DNA of 64,000 nucleotides from Podarcis liolepis. Its lineage: Eukaryota. The position numbers and the translations under genes are program-made. The DNA is taken from NCBI GenBank assembly GCA_965112155.1, contig OZ218100.1; one strand, 5' to 3'. The notes below the pieces were generated by a model. That model had not been told where the DNA came from, did not search any database, and worked only from the letters and a program-made list of their open reading frames with translations. Shown one piece after another: positions 49,251 through 61,796 of this stretch (within the stretch, counting starts at the first letter, position 1; the number at the start of each line of letters is the position of its first letter).

Positions 49251-49874
49251 AGTCATTGCCATTAAAGTGACCACAGAACAAAAACAAAAACAAGGGATGG
49301 GGATATGCTACCCACAAAGCAATGCTATATGCCAGTGGGTGTAGAAACAGCCCTAGAGTAAATTATATGTTATTTTTCTGAAAGCCACCCTGAAAACCTT
49401 CTGATGGCAGGAATCAAAACAAATGGATGAATGAGTAAGGATTTTTGTGTCAATATCACATTAGTTTGGCTTGTGCTTCAAACACCAAACTTCAAAGAGT
49501 TCCTTGCACTTCCTCTGATCCCTTTGAAAGTTTTTTTTTCCAGGGTAAACATACAAGTGTCTCATTTGTTTGGTTGGGGATGATGGCCTGCAAACGAAAG
49601 GAACCCCCCCCCACCTGCTAACAAATGCAAAAGCATTAGAAAACAGAGCCTAATGCAGCACTTTCCCTTTAATAAGTGGCTAATCCTCCCAGTTGGCTCA
49701 TATACCCAGCAGCCTGGGCCCAGCTGATCCTTGCCAATTGCTTTGAAAACTCCTGACTCACTCCAATATCACTTAGAGTCTCCTTAATTGAGCATCAGAG
49801 GCGGGCCCTTGATGGATGCTATAAAAAGGCTTTCTTTGAGCCTGCTCTCTTCCTTCTAGCATTTTAACTCAGAA

Positions 49875-50043
49875 TAGGGGTGGGGAACCTTGTTCAGACT
49901 GAGTACCACTAGCAGTGGTGAGCTAAGGCAAAAATGGGGAGGGTTGGAGAGGAGGTGTGGTGTGAGGAGAGTCCCAAGGACAAGACAGAGAGGCCTGAGA
50001 GTGGTGATCACATTTGGTTCCAGGGCCTGTGATGTCCCACCCT
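49875..50043. mobile_element. Degraded hAT-Charlie-type MITE
   Basis: Begins AGGGGTGGGGAACCT and ends GTCCCACCCT. Confidence 0.5.
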
Positions 50044-50859
50044 CAAAGGCACCAAGATCAGAAAAATTCCGGGATCCAAGAGCGGCAGTTGTATTTTTAG
50101 GGAATGTTCACCCTACTAGTAAATGCATTTACTGTCTATTTTTAAATTCCGTGTACAAGTTCTACTTTTTCTTGACCCACATTTTATACTTACATATTTA
50201 AGAGCATGCTACCCCATTTACTAAACTATTACTAAAATGCTAGTATTAACTGTAGTCTGTTAAGTGCATTGGGGTAGCAAAGTCCCACAGAAAAACTTGC
50301 TGTTGACAGTTCTGCAGATAGCCTGGATAGATAGCACTCTTCACGGATGAGTTTTGTCACTGTTAGAGGTATGGCCAAACAGTGCCTGCCACTGTGGAAG
50401 GACGTGTGGATTCAGAATTGGCCTACACAGTCACTTACAAATGCATTGTTAAAATTGTGTTTATGGAAGACAATCTTACTCGGCGATGAGTGATCGCCAA
50501 AGAAGAAGCCGCCATTACATTCTCCTGCTGGGATGACCAAGTGCCGAGAAATATGGCTTCCAGCATCTTTTGTAAATGTGCAGAAAATTACATTTTGGCA
50601 AGTGTAGCTGGTCCTACAGAGGTAAAGCATTTGCAGCTGCTGTTTGGCAGGGTGAGGTAGCTGTGAGACAGAGAACAAGGCATGTTTGAGGGGGGCACAC
50701 ACATGCCCTGCTATGCACCCCCCAAGCAATGGATTTTCTGTGTCATGTTTTCACTGTATCATTGTTTATTGGATGAAAGGAAGACTGGCATCAATGACAT
50801 TTTTCTGACTGGCACTTTAAACTAAATGGTTTTATGGCCCTTTGGCCAACCATTCCCTT

Positions 50860-51754
50860 TGTTAGGTAGGTTACTGGTTAAAAGCCTTGGATGGTTGGCT
50901 GATGGTTCAACAATGGGTGAGGAGAGGGTTTCCTGATAATGAGAGAGCCATCAGAACTTAGCTTGAGGGTTGTCCTGTTCTCTGAGGGGAAAGGGCAGTT
51001 ATGTGTGAAAGGAAAAGAGAATGACCTTGAGTAGTTAGGAAACAGCAGCAATTCCACAGTTTGAAAGAAGATTGGCAAGAAAGTGGTCTGTTGGCCTTGT
51101 GGGTGCAGCACCTCTCTCTGGAGTTAAAGTGGGGTAATATCTTGCAGGTCTACTTGCTGTTTGCTTCTAAAATATTTGTAAATAAAGCAAATATCACTAT
51201 AGTTTTTGTCCTAGGGGCAGCCCTAGGTGCAACAACATGAAACCTGTAAAGCCCCGTATCTGTTCAGATCTTTTATGCTCTCCCACATTCCGTCTGAAGA
51301 CTGTGACTAAATGTGGATTCCACAACTTCAACATGTCAGGGTTCCTTCCCCACTGCTACAAAACCCTTGTTTTCTTTAAGAACCAGTCTGAATCAGGTTT
51401 TGGAGAATTCGCTCACTTGCTTTTCTGTGAAATTTGTTGGGAAAGATTGAGGGCACAAGGAGTAGGGGACGACAGAGGACAAGATGGTTGGACAGTGTTC
51501 TCGAAGCTACAAACATGAGTCTGACCAAGCCGTGGGAGGCAGTGGAAGACAGGAGTGCCTGGCGTGCTCTGGTCCATGGGGTCACGAAGAGTCGGACACG
51601 ACTAAACAACAACAAAAAATAGTTCTTGCCTCACCATAAGTTTTGGATAAATCTCCATTGCTCTTTCAGCAGAAAGAAACCAAACTCAGGTAGTGCATCT
51701 GCCCCAGAAATTTCTCACCCCTCGGGGAAGTTGGGAGTGCAGGAGTTGACAACA
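50860..51754 (+). mobile_element. Possible solo-LTR-like element interrupted by later insertions, including BovB
   Basis: TGTT...AACA ends and TGTAAATAAAG at 51177-51187. Similar ATAGTT(T/C)TTG motifs near 51198 and 51619 bracket the insertion. Family assignment is from recall only. Confidence 0.35.
51434..51616 (+). mobile_element. BovB-type RTE LINE 3' fragment
   Basis: Encodes LGKIEGTRSRGRQRTRWLDSVLEATNMSLTKPWEAVEDRSAWRALVHGVTKSRTRLN, the hallmark RTE-BovB C-terminus, ending in a (CAA)n tail. Confidence 0.92.
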
Positions 51755-52764
51755 GAAACAAATCTGAAATGTTAAGGATTGAATCTGTGGAATGCCTATG
51801 GGCATAACATAGTCTACTGAAAGCGGTTAACAACTGAGTGCTTTACAACACATGTTCTACATCCTTCTTACATTTGAATGCACCACAGATACTGAGATTG
51901 TGCTGGGAAAATTAACCATAGAGGGGGAGCAACTGAATAGCTGGTAGTGGAGCAACCTTGCAACAAAATAGCTCAATTCAGAGTAGAGGACATAGCAAGA
52001 ACAGGTTGAAGGCTCTATGGTAAGAGCAGGACCAGAGGAGCTAGGCAGGAGAGCTTGGCTAAGCCTTTGCTAGTTAGCATGGGGTTTTGCATAGTTTATA
52101 TAAGGAACTTTAGGCTGCAATCCCAAATCCATTTACCTGGGTGTAAGACCCATTGACTCCAATAGAGTTTAAAAGGCATCAGGATGGCATTTCTGCTGCT
52201 TTAATTTTGGCCTAGGCTAAACCAACCAACCAAGAGTTAAGACAATATTTTTTTAAAAAAACTAAACTCATTCTGTATTTGAGTTGTTTCTATTAAGAAA
52301 CACTTTCATTTTATCCATAAAAAATCAAATAAAGGGAGATAATGTCTGTACAAAGAGGTATATTTTCACATAGCAGGCACCTTTATAAAGCATATTTGAA
52401 AATTAAATGTAAATTAAATGCAACTCAGAGCTTTCCCACATGATCAAGGAGCAAAGCCTCCTCAGCCGCTTTATATCCTATACAATGGGGATGCTCCTGC
52501 ACGTCCCAGCAGCTTGGTAGCTCTCCCAAGTGCAATGATTTGGGGGAAAGGTCAGGAGTGGATAGTCATCATGTTACATGTAAAGACATGTTGAATGATG
52601 CATATTCCAATGCTGGAGCAGGGAACGCTCAGCCTTCAAATTCCACAGGAACTGGTATGACTCAAGGCTTCTCTATTTATTTATTTAGCAAGTGCCCCAT
52701 CAGACATTTTCCACCCTCCCTTCCCGGCTCCTCCTCCTTAAAGTTTGCAATTAAATTTTCTTAA

Positions 52765-53308
52765 AGGTTTGCCCGCCACGAAGATCTGGGTTGTGGGGCA
52801 CAGCATTGTCCATTGGGCAGTGGATTATGCCTGGTCGCACAATGGGGGCCATAACCTTAAAATCCACCCCAACGTCGGGCACGCGTTGGGCTTGATGCCC
52901 ATACTGAGTAAGGCCGTGGCGGCGTATGGCCCTCCAAAAGTCTTGATTTTGCACCTGGGAGAGAATGACCTGGTTGAACAAAAAGGCATTGCCCTGACCC
53001 TTGCTGCAAGGCCAGATATAGAAAGCTTGCATGCCTTGTACCCAACAATGACCACCGGCTGGTCCAATCTCCTCCCTCACCTGTGCTGGAGAGGGTTTCC
53101 AATCCCTCTTGCCTCAATTATATGGTGGAAAAAATCAACAGGGCCATGTGCAATACCATGTGGCTAATTGGCGGAGTCTCTATTCCATAGGGCAGATACG
53201 GCTGGCCTATTCAGAGCGGATGAAGTGCATCTGACCCCACTTGGTAATGACCTCTGGCTGCATGACTTGCAACAAGTCCTCAGGGACTGGGTAGACAGCA
53301 GGGTTTGA
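52765..53308 (+). pseudogene. Decayed SGNH/GDSL hydrolase-like ORF, probably from an Ngaro/DIRS-type tyrosine-recombinase retroelement
   Basis: Block I IWVVGHS (GHS 52796-52804), block III VLILHLGENDL (GEND 52958-52969), WSNLLP, block V LFRADEVHL (D 53219, H 53228). In-frame stop at 53165-53167 with apparent compensating frameshifts. Confidence 0.75.
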
Positions 53309-53760
53309 TGGCAGAGCATGGGTGATTGTTCCTTGGTTGTGGGACACTTGGTGGCAAGGCCCTTAGGGGGCCTTGGGTGGTGGTTTTAGGCCTTGGCAAG
53401 GTATCCTTTAGTCTATCATCAAGTTGGGGGATGCATTCATGCTCTCTTCCCATGCGACGATGCTTGCAGGGCCTGCTAAAGGTAAAAAAAACGGGAGTCC
53501 CTGGCCCTAGAGCGGCGGCATGTAGGTCAAACTCCCGGGCCGAGGTTAGTGGAAGGGCATGCTGTGTAAGTTTGTGCTTTACAATCCCCTCCCTCTGCAT
53601 CTCATCAGCCTGTGTATCCTCAGCCAGATGGGCTGAGAGGGTTACCTGCCAAGGCCTATGCCAAGTTTCCCACTTCTGAGGCTCAATAAAATTGTGGCCA
53701 ATTTGAAGCCATACTCTGGTCTCTTGTCTCATTCTTTGGGGGGAAGGGGTAGGCACCACA
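53309..53760 (+). mobile_element. Terminal non-coding part of the same retroelement (repeat/LTR-like)
   Basis: GC-richer block right after the SGNH ORF, with AATAAA at 53685-53690 and a 12-bp inverted repeat TAGGCCTTGGCA (53387-53398) / TGCCAAGGCCTA (53647-53658). Confidence 0.5.
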
Positions 53761-54381
53761 GACAGGGTTTAGCCGTGTGTCTGCAATTGTTTCAGATCCA
53801 GTGGATTTGATGGGATTTCTGCAAAGTTTGCCTTAAGACTTGCTGTCACTGTCAGTTTGCGCTTAGTGTTGTTGGGCGTAGAATGATACAGCCTCCTGAT
53901 CATTTGGGTGCAATGGAAGATTAAAATAAAGCAGCATTGCAATTAACCAGTATCATGCTGAATTTGGGCAGCGGTGCACCAATGTCAGGGACCAGAATCT
54001 GCTTTGAAAGCCAACATCAGGCTCTGGAATGCAAACCCTGTATCACATTATCAGGGAATGTGTTGCTTTGTAGATGTAAGGTGGATGAAGCTATCTTCCC
54101 CGCGTATTGGGTAACCCAAGCAAGCCAAGCAAGCCTTGCGTAGCTGAGATTGGGAAACATGTCTTTAGGGCAGACTTTGGCCTCAACAGCTTTCCTGTGC
54201 AATTTACGCAACATGCTAACTGCAGTTTCCCCAAGAAGGAAGGGCAATTATTTTATTCCCCAGCTACTCCCACTTATGACCCAATAAGTGGGAAGGAGCC
54301 AAAGACACTTAAGTGAAATGAATTAGTATACGTATAGACTTTGAAGAAAAGTTGGAGCACTCTAGCAATTTGGACTGCTGT

Positions 54382-54413
54382 TGCAATTACAGCTACAATC
54401 CAGCAGGTGGTAG
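54382..54413 (+). promoter_or_regulatory. Candidate CTCF site (core plus upstream motif)
   Basis: TGCAAT-N12-CCAGCAGGTGGTAG. Confidence 0.65.
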
Positions 54414-56023
54414 AAAAACCATAATCAAAGAGGTTTCCACTGGATGTAAAGAAGGTCAGTACAGTACTGATCTCATTCCATTTTAAAGCGACTTTTGGAT
54501 AGGGTGGAAGAAATCAAAAAGTATGTAGCAAGAACCGAACTGTTTGAAATATGGGGCAGTACATAAAGACACCCAAGTCAAGAGGAGCCATCCAAAATAT
54601 TTGTAAAAATGAAATACGTTTGATTAGATTTTTAGTTAAGTTTTAATACAAACATGATATCATGTTATTCAGTAAACATAATGGTTGTAGGGTGGATATG
54701 CAGCTGCCCACCTCCTTTTAGGGAGGCTAGGTGAAAAGGGGGCAAGACTCCTACCCTTTAATAGATGTGAAATAACTTCAGTTTGACATGCTGTTCGACA
54801 CAACTATTAAAGCTGCATAAATTCTGTAGTTTCTTGACTCTGGATACCATAACTCCCTTAAAGTTATGGGAGTTCCAGTGCATAGGTTTTGGTTCCCAGT
54901 GATAGGGGGTAGAACATGCAAGGCAAGGGGGAAGGGGTCTGTGTCACTGAAAAAAGGGTTGACGCAGGCACCATCCAATAAATGCCATTTATGGTTACAA
55001 ATCATTGCAGGGAAAATGTTCTGTCTTTAACAGTGCAATCCCGCATGTCTACTGTCAGAAGAAAGGTCAATTGAATAGACCTTATTCCCAGGTAAGTGGA
55101 TATAGGATTGCATACTTCCCGTATAAGACAGATCCTGTGTGACAAATTATGAGCAACTGTTTGTTTACTATTCTGGTCTTTATTGTTTGGAAAGGACCTC
55201 AAACTTTTATTTTAGCCAGCTCATAGGGGAAATGGTCTTCTAAATCTTAAAAGGTATTGTGTCTGGAGTTGAAGAAAACTAAGCAAGCCAAGTTATTAGT
55301 CACATCAAATACTTTTAGTTGCTTCCAAAAAGCAAATGTATTTTAAAGCTATGTATTTTAAACAGTTTAAAAGGGGAAAGGCTTCCCATACCTTTAAGTT
55401 ATGTAAAAGAGATTTCTAGACCGGGGTGATGGGAAGCTGTACCTGCTGAGATCCCCCCTTTCCCACTGGTAAAAGGTGCTGCAGCCCTATATGTCACCAG
55501 GTCAGCCCGGGGGAATTCCAAGCATTCACTCCAATAGATGCTTGATGGAGAAGAAAGATGCCTAAATATTTTCTGTGATGTTACCACCCTCAAGAGTTTA
55601 CAAAGTTCTGCCTCTTGGATGAATGGGCTTAACTGAATTAATCATGCTGCTGAAGAATGAGAGCTGTTGTACTGTGTGACACAGGTACTAAGGGCAACTG
55701 GCAAACCACCAGGGAAATTAAACAATTGCTTCAAAATATGAGGTCAGCAAGTGAAACAAGGGAAAATATAAATAATACAGGCTTGGTCAAGTAGCGCATT
55801 AATCGGGGTGTGGTTTGGCTATGTCTTGACTATTTACTTTCACCATACTTTCACCCCAGAGAAGCTTAGAGTTTGTTAAGGGGGCTGGAAATTGTAGCTC
55901 CCCAGGATTCTTTGGGGAAAGTGATATGCTGTAGATGAGAATGGGCTGCATTAGATGGCTTTTGAGTTTCTTCCAGACCCGAAGCCTGGAATGGTCTTTA
56001 TGCAACCCTTGAAAATGGTGAAA

Positions 56024-56447
56024 GTACTACAATATATCCAAAACAATGGGAGAAATTGGAAGGATCTCAAAAGAGAAGGCAGACAGGGACTGGAAGGTGT
56101 TTAAAAGTTACTTGCAAAACTATATCGAAAAATCAGAACTCCTATTAGAATAAACAAGTTTTGTTTCAAATATTGGAATACTAAATAAGATGGATAACAA
56201 TGTGTAATAGAAAAAGAAGTATGAAATTAGGTTAAAGGTGTGTGAAAGAAAGTAATAGAAGTGGAAAGAAATTGCAATTGAGTAGATTGGAAATCTAACA
56301 CAAAGGGTGAGGCGTGGTGGATGGTGATGGGAATTATCTGTGGGATTGAGTGTAGGTATGTTGTAGGTATGTAGGTATGTTGTATGAAATGTATGTTTGT
56401 ATGTGTATTAATGTTGAATTATTTTAACAATAAAAAAATTATTTTAA
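56024..56447 (+). mobile_element. 5'-truncated L1-like LINE (ORF2 end and 3'UTR)
   Basis: 12-bp TSD AAAATGGTGAAA (56012-56023 and 56448-56459); peptide EIGRISKEKADRDWKVFKSYLQNY; AATAAA at 56429-56434 before an A-rich tail. Confidence 0.7.
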
Positions 56448-56498
56448 AAAATGGTGAAAAAAATAGAAATTCTATTAAAATATGGTGGATGCTTGAGG

Positions 56499-56676
56499 CA
56501 GGGGCGAAACTAGGCTTTGTTTCACCTGGGTCAAAGACCCAGTTTGGCACAGCCACCCACACACATTTGTGTAGACACACACACACAAGTTGGGAGACTC
56601 AGTGGCACCCCTCTGGAGGCTTCACCTGGGGCAAAGCACCTGGCTAGCCCCCGCCCCCTCCGTAGCCACAACTCTG
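56499..56676. mobile_element. hAT-like MITE
   Basis: Flanked by a direct repeat (G)CTTGAGG (56491-56498 and 56676-56683); CAG...CTG ends. Confidence 0.65.
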
Positions 56677-58350
56677 CTTGAGGATCAACTCCTAAAGTTG
56701 CCTGAGTGTAACACAGTTACATTGGCCCCTTTAAATCTCTGCAAAAAAGCCACAGCCCAAGCAAACACAACTCTCTTCACACAGGAAGGCAAATGCCCCT
56801 TCCTTTTTATTATCTGATGCATCAGGCACTCTGCCTGTGAAACCTGTTTACTGTGGGCCACCATTGCCTGCGTCATCATATTTCTGTTCATGAATTATGC
56901 TAGCTTTTAACAACAGAGATAGTTCATTTGTATATGACTATCAAATGATCCCATCAGTTCATTTTCATTTAATGTGTGGTTCAAATGGGCATTAGATTAC
57001 CAAATTATGAAGGGAAGGGTCTGAGCCATACCACTCTGTCAAGGGGGTCTGATTCAGAGGGAGGTCTAGGTTCCTTAGTTTCATCTGTTTGGTTTGTTGT
57101 TTTGTCAGAGTCTATTCCTGATACTGTAGCAGGTTGTAACCAGTCAGAAAGATGAAACAAGAGCTACTAATTACCAGGTTTTAAAGCCTAAGGGTTGGGA
57201 ACAGAAGGCATTCCACATGGCTTTAATTTAGGGGACCAGATGCCATGATTTAGCAGATTCTAATTCAATCCTGCACCTCAGAGACAGGGCTCTTTATCCC
57301 CAACTGGCCTTGCACCAGTCCATGCAAGTGATGGGTGCTTCAATAGTCCTTATCATATTAGCAATATAGGGCTATGTTTTCCTCGCAATATGTACACCTG
57401 AAATCTAGCTTCGGTCATCAAAATCACCTGTTACATCAAACAGCACTTAACAAACTGGGTCAGCATTTCCCTAACTCTGATGAAACAAGCTGAAAAGTCT
57501 GTTATAATGCAAGTGTCATTTATCCGAATTACATGTCTTCATTTTAATACGTTTTCTTTTGCGGTGAAATGAAAATGTCCACAGATCTTTACTTTCCAAT
57601 GACATCATTTTTACTTTCTACAGCACAGGTGCTTGGATCTAAAGAACCCAATGTAGAGAAAATATTTTGCTCCTCCATTCCTTTAACTCTTTCCACTGTG
57701 GCTGGTCATTATAAGAACTTTGGAACTAAAGAACTAAAGAACTAGTGTCTGAGGTTGTACGACAGGGTTAAAAAAAACCCATGAAGCTTCCTTCCTACTC
57801 CCTTCTCAGGAGAACCTAAGCCAACAGTTCTAACAGACTCATGTACAGAAAGTCAACAGCCTGTGAAGCAAATCCCTGTGTCAAGAACCTTTCTCTGCAA
57901 ACTGCCTCTAGGGTATCAGTGTTCAAATCTAGGTATTGTTCAGAAAAGATGTCATGGCAGATTGTAACCACCATGACGTGACAAAAGGAACTAGACATAG
58001 AGAGAGGGACAGAGAGTCTTTCTCAACACCTGAATAATTCCATTCAACTCTCTCAAACAGTGCTGGTCACTTTGTGCTTGCCTGTCCATTGAATAATACA
58101 ACTGGGGTAGTATTCTCTCACCTCAAATGGGGTATTATTCTCCCACCACTTTCCTAACCTGCTGCAACCCCTTGTTGTAGAGGGGATAGATGAGGGGAGA
58201 AGACGACCAATCACTTTCAAAACTAGTGCACTGTACCTCCAAGCCCACCAGCCGCCATGTTTCTTGGAAGGTGGGTGGAGAAACAACCAGTGGGCATCTT
58301 AATAGAATGGGGGTGGGTGGGAGGACGGGGGGTTATTTAATGGGTGGAGG

Positions 58351-58504
58351 CAGTGCTTTCCCCCCCTAAAAAAACATGTTTAGGGGTACTCTCATTTTCC
58401 TACTCATATTGAAATTCTACCCCTCTATGAGGCCAAACTTAGATTCACAAAACGTTTGGGGGTATGCGTACCCCTGTGCACCCCCCCCCCCGAAAAAAGC
58501 ACTG
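58351..58504. mobile_element. hAT MITE, 154 bp
   Basis: TIR CAGTGCTTT / AAAGCACTG; perfect 8-bp TSD GGTGGAGG (58343-58350 and 58505-58512). Confidence 0.9.
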
Positions 58505-61500
58505 GGTGGAGGAAAAGGCATGTAAATTAGACTAACACAAGTATGTTCATGCTGGTGCAGAATCTATTTACTTGCCTTATTCTTTGTTAGTTTTTTCTCA
58601 GAGGGAATTGTGATTTTATTCTAAAGTTGGAATGCTCTGAAAGGAATGACATATTAATATGGGTGGCTATTTTATATGAGAGAGAATATATTCAAAGTGC
58701 ACTTTGGGGAAGCTACATTTAAAGCAACGTCAAACCATCCTTAACATTTCAGCAAATTATTTATGGAAGCTAGAGGTCACTGCTGTCACAATTTTAAAAA
58801 CCAGAGAGCTTTCTTTTTTGAGGCATCTTATTTAGCACCCATTTCTGAAGCAGAGTCAGAGAGCACCGTTTAAATAATAAGAAATACCGAATGGACATTC
58901 TTTCATTCTCTAAAACATAGAGTCTAAATGGGGGGAAAGCGAGCAAGAGAGAGAGAGAGAGAGCTGTTTTGTCAAGATGCCTTGCGTTTCTCCTTAATGT
59001 ACCCAGCGAGCCAATCTTTAAACAGAGGACTTGCTTTCCTCCAGCATAAAAATAAACCTTAAAAGACCATAATGACTTTAAACGTTTATATTCTTTTAAC
59101 TGGACTTGTCTTCTGTGGAACACACAGCAAAATCTGTCACCTAACTGTTTTGGGTGAAGGAAAAGAGCTATTCAGCATGAAAGATTTAGGAATGTCTGTT
59201 GACATATTAAGGAAACAACCTCGGGGGACAGCTGACAAGGCTCCAAGAAGCATTACCAAGGGAACAGTGACGCAAATGCATTCCATTTTTACAGGCTGGC
59301 ATGCTGCCAGATTCTCTCGCCTGATGTCTGATGTAATGCTAAGCCCTATCTGGGTTAGTGCTTAGCTATCAACCACAGCAGCTCTCTGCTGCAATCAATA
59401 TTCTGTAGGGCTCTTTTTCACAAGAAAAGCAAGGCGCAAAGCAGGTTTCTTTAAAAAAATGGAATGCCTCCAAACACATAAGATCATGAAAAACATGATA
59501 AGAAAGTCTGTAATGATCAAAGTGAAACATTATTGGTGCTTTTGCATATGTGGCCATGGGTTCATAAATCTCTGCATAGAAAGATGTGGAGGCTAGTTTA
59601 CAACCTCCCCGCCCTGCAAAAAATGAAAATAAAAAATGAATGGAAGCCATTTCATTGACTTCAGCCGACTCTCAACCAGGAAGAATAGAGTGCTTGTGCT
59701 AGAAAGCACAGAAAGAGGAGAAAACAAGCAGCGTGAATCTGGAAAAAATAATATTTGTTTTGCACTTAAAGCGTGGGAAAGGAGGGTTCTAATGTAATCG
59801 TTTTCCTGTTCTAACTCCATACCTCAAAGTGATAAACATTAATTATGCTTTGTAAAAGCCAAGACATACTAGAATGCCTGTGGAGCTGGGTGATTAAAAT
59901 TTGGACTGAAAGGAAAAGGATATAATGAGAATTATTTCACTCGGCGGCTGTTGCCCCATGGAGTGCCCAGTGCTGCCTACTCCTGGTTTTGTCAAAATCT
60001 CCTTGAGTTGGGATGTTGTCTTGCATACGGAGGAAAGTGTGTATTGTGAACACTCAAATCTCTCTGTATTTAATTTCTTTGGTGTAAATCAGAGGTGAGA
60101 AGATAAAGGAGAGTATTTCTCTATAACTATTTTGGAAATGTAGCAAAGCATTTCCTTGAGGTCACAGAGGGCAGTGGGGATTGCAATAGCTAAGAGTTTT
60201 AATTTAGAGTTGGTTTGTTTTGTATAAATGTTTGCAGTCCCATGATGAAAGCATAGTTAATACACAATCTTGTTGGGTTACCAGCTTGTCCACCTTAAAT
60301 CAAACTGCAAGCTACAATAGCTGCAATTTGCCCTTTTGGTCAAGTTGATAGTGTTAATGCTTGCTTACTAATTAACTGACCAGACTCTGTTCTACATTCC
60401 ATTGGTTGGCCTCAAATTAGCATCTGGGAATCATTGGCTTATTGCGAATGATAGAAATAAGTCACTAGGCATCTCCCTTTTCTCTGAATTACCTATGCTG
60501 TGTTCTCATTATGCTTTGTTTCTATGCAAGCAGAGGATGGCAGAACACAAAGCTATAGTTTGCTATGTTTGAAATTTTGCAGAAATAGGAGTGTGATGCT
60601 TCAATATTAAACATTGTCCAGCTGTTTATAACACTGAAAGCATCTTCAGCCCTCTGACAGATATTGGATGTACTGTAAGAATAATGAAAGTCTGCAAAAT
60701 AAAAAATTATCTCGGTACCAAACCTCAAACAGAAACAGAATATTAACCGAGCAGGCTGGCAGTCTTTCCCTAACATAGAAGTGCAAATAAACCACCCAGA
60801 ACTAAAAGCTAATTTATGCTTTTTATAGAAACAAATATTAGGGGAAGCACATAAGAATATATGTCTCATTGTACACTGTGCTTATCTAACACCATGCAAT
60901 TTTAAATTCCTTGGATGCAGTAAGAAATCTAGGGCATACGAAGATTAGAGTTTATTCAATATTGCGCTCTCGGCTTTATCCTTTCTGTAGAGTCTCAGTG
61001 TGTAGAAGTTATATCCTGGTCAATGGAATAGCAGCTGACCTTCCTCATCCTTGAGACACCTTGGAAGCATTTTGTCCAAACTGAAAATCCCAATGTCAAT
61101 TAAACATAACCTGGGGTACCACTGACCAGGTAAGTACTCTGGGGGAACCATATGACATGTCCACATGTGTTCATTCCCAGAGAAATTACATCTGTACCCT
61201 TCAAGAGAAGCCCAGGCCTGTATGAATACTTTTGCAGCTAACACAGGGACTGGCCAGGAAGTAGCTGGATTTTCCCACATTACCTGACTGTGCATCACCA
61301 CAGTTTTACTAAACCATGTATTGACAGGTAGCAAATTAAGAAACGAGATTCGAATTCCATTAGAGATGACAGGTAACCACAAACCACATGCTGAGTAGCC
61401 CAAGTTACTCGGTGACCCTGCACAAGCTTATTCCATTCGTTTGCAATACACACAGAACTCTTGATCACAGTCATTGTGCTAAACTGTGCTTCCATTATAC

Positions 61501-61676
61501 CTATTTAATGTGGTCCATGAAAAAGGGTTCCTTCAGCTGAAACCTGGATCTGCTCATCTAATGGTGCAAAAATTATTTCATTCTGTTGCTTCTCTCTTTG
61601 TCATCACCTGTGTTGTAGCTGGACTTCTCCCAGTTTTTCTCCGTTCAGATAAATGAAGCAACTGAGTTGTGTGAAA

Positions 61677-61699
61677 TGTGTGTGTGTGTGTGTGTGTGT
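61677..61699. repeat. (TG)n microsatellite
   Basis: Directly visible. Confidence 0.9.
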
Positions 61700-61796
61700 A
61701 CACCCACACCCACCCACCAATCCTCGCAAATAAATGAAGTGGTTTTCAAAGATAGGAATAAAAACTGCATTAAAACAATTTCAACAATAGTATAGG

